Origin: Amoeboradix gromovi X-113
Lineage: Eukaryota; Fungi; Sanchytriomycota
Length of the DNA stretch: 7,384 nt
Assembly: GCA_018985225.1 (NCBI GenBank)
Contig: JADGIF010000510.1
Span: 1-7,384 of the forward strand
Direction of reading: 5' to 3'
Of the stretch, positions 7,224-7,384 are shown one piece after another. The notes under the pieces are model-generated. The model saw only the letters and a program-made list of their open reading frames with translations. It had not been told where the DNA came from and did no database searches. The position numbers were made by a program, and so were the translations under genes. Numbering within the stretch: the first letter of the stretch is position 1; each line of letters starts with the position of its first letter.

Positions 7224-7265
7224 ACACAAGTTTTAAATATTCGTATTTTATTTCACTTCATACCA

Positions 7266-7352
7266 ATGGGACATGCTCTGTAAAAAGTAGACTGGGGGTA
7301 AAAAGCGAGTGACGAGATTTACCCAGTTGAAATTTTCACAGCAGTGTCCCAT
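7266..7352. repeat. 87-nt imperfect inverted repeat (long hairpin)
   Basis: ATGGGACA (7266-7273)/TGTCCCAT (7345-7352), CTGT (7278-7281)/ACAG (7338-7341), ACTGGGGGTAAA (7291-7302)/TTTACCCAGT (7318-7327, with a 2-nt bulge), around a 15-nt loop. Confidence 0.75.
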
Positions 7353-7384
7353 ATTTCTTCACCTAGGCAATAGGCGAAACTACT

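Noticed and set aside
7296-7308. Minus-strand TCGCTTTTTAC as U5 snRNA loop I
   Set aside because: It mismatches the near-invariant GCCUUUUAC and lies partly in the stem rather than in a terminal loop.
1-7384. CRISPR array, tRNA or rRNA
   Set aside because: No regularly spaced direct repeats, cloverleaf or rRNA motifs were found by eye.

Overview
AT-rich, gene-dense eukaryotic DNA (compact fungal/protist-like genome, standard genetic code). The left 4.5 kb holds two intronless, convergent housekeeping genes only 25 bp apart: methionine aminopeptidase 2 (103-1272, +) and condensin I HEAT subunit Cnd1/Ycs4/CAP-D2 (1298-4495, -). Directly upstream of Cnd1 begins an accessory region. It contains a 5'-truncated, pseudogenised Fanzor2-type (eukaryotic TnpB) RNA-guided nuclease relic (~4685-5121, +) with the rearranged RuvC-II, the CxxC/CxxC zinc finger and the RuvC-III DRD. 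A second, more decayed, inverted copy of the same 3' end lies at 6474-6644 (-); it is missed by the ORF track and matches at 112/171 aligned nt by hand. The two ends converge on ~1.36 kb of degraded coding-like DNA. A 114-aa orphan ORF and an unexplained 87-nt hairpin plus short stem-loop close the window.
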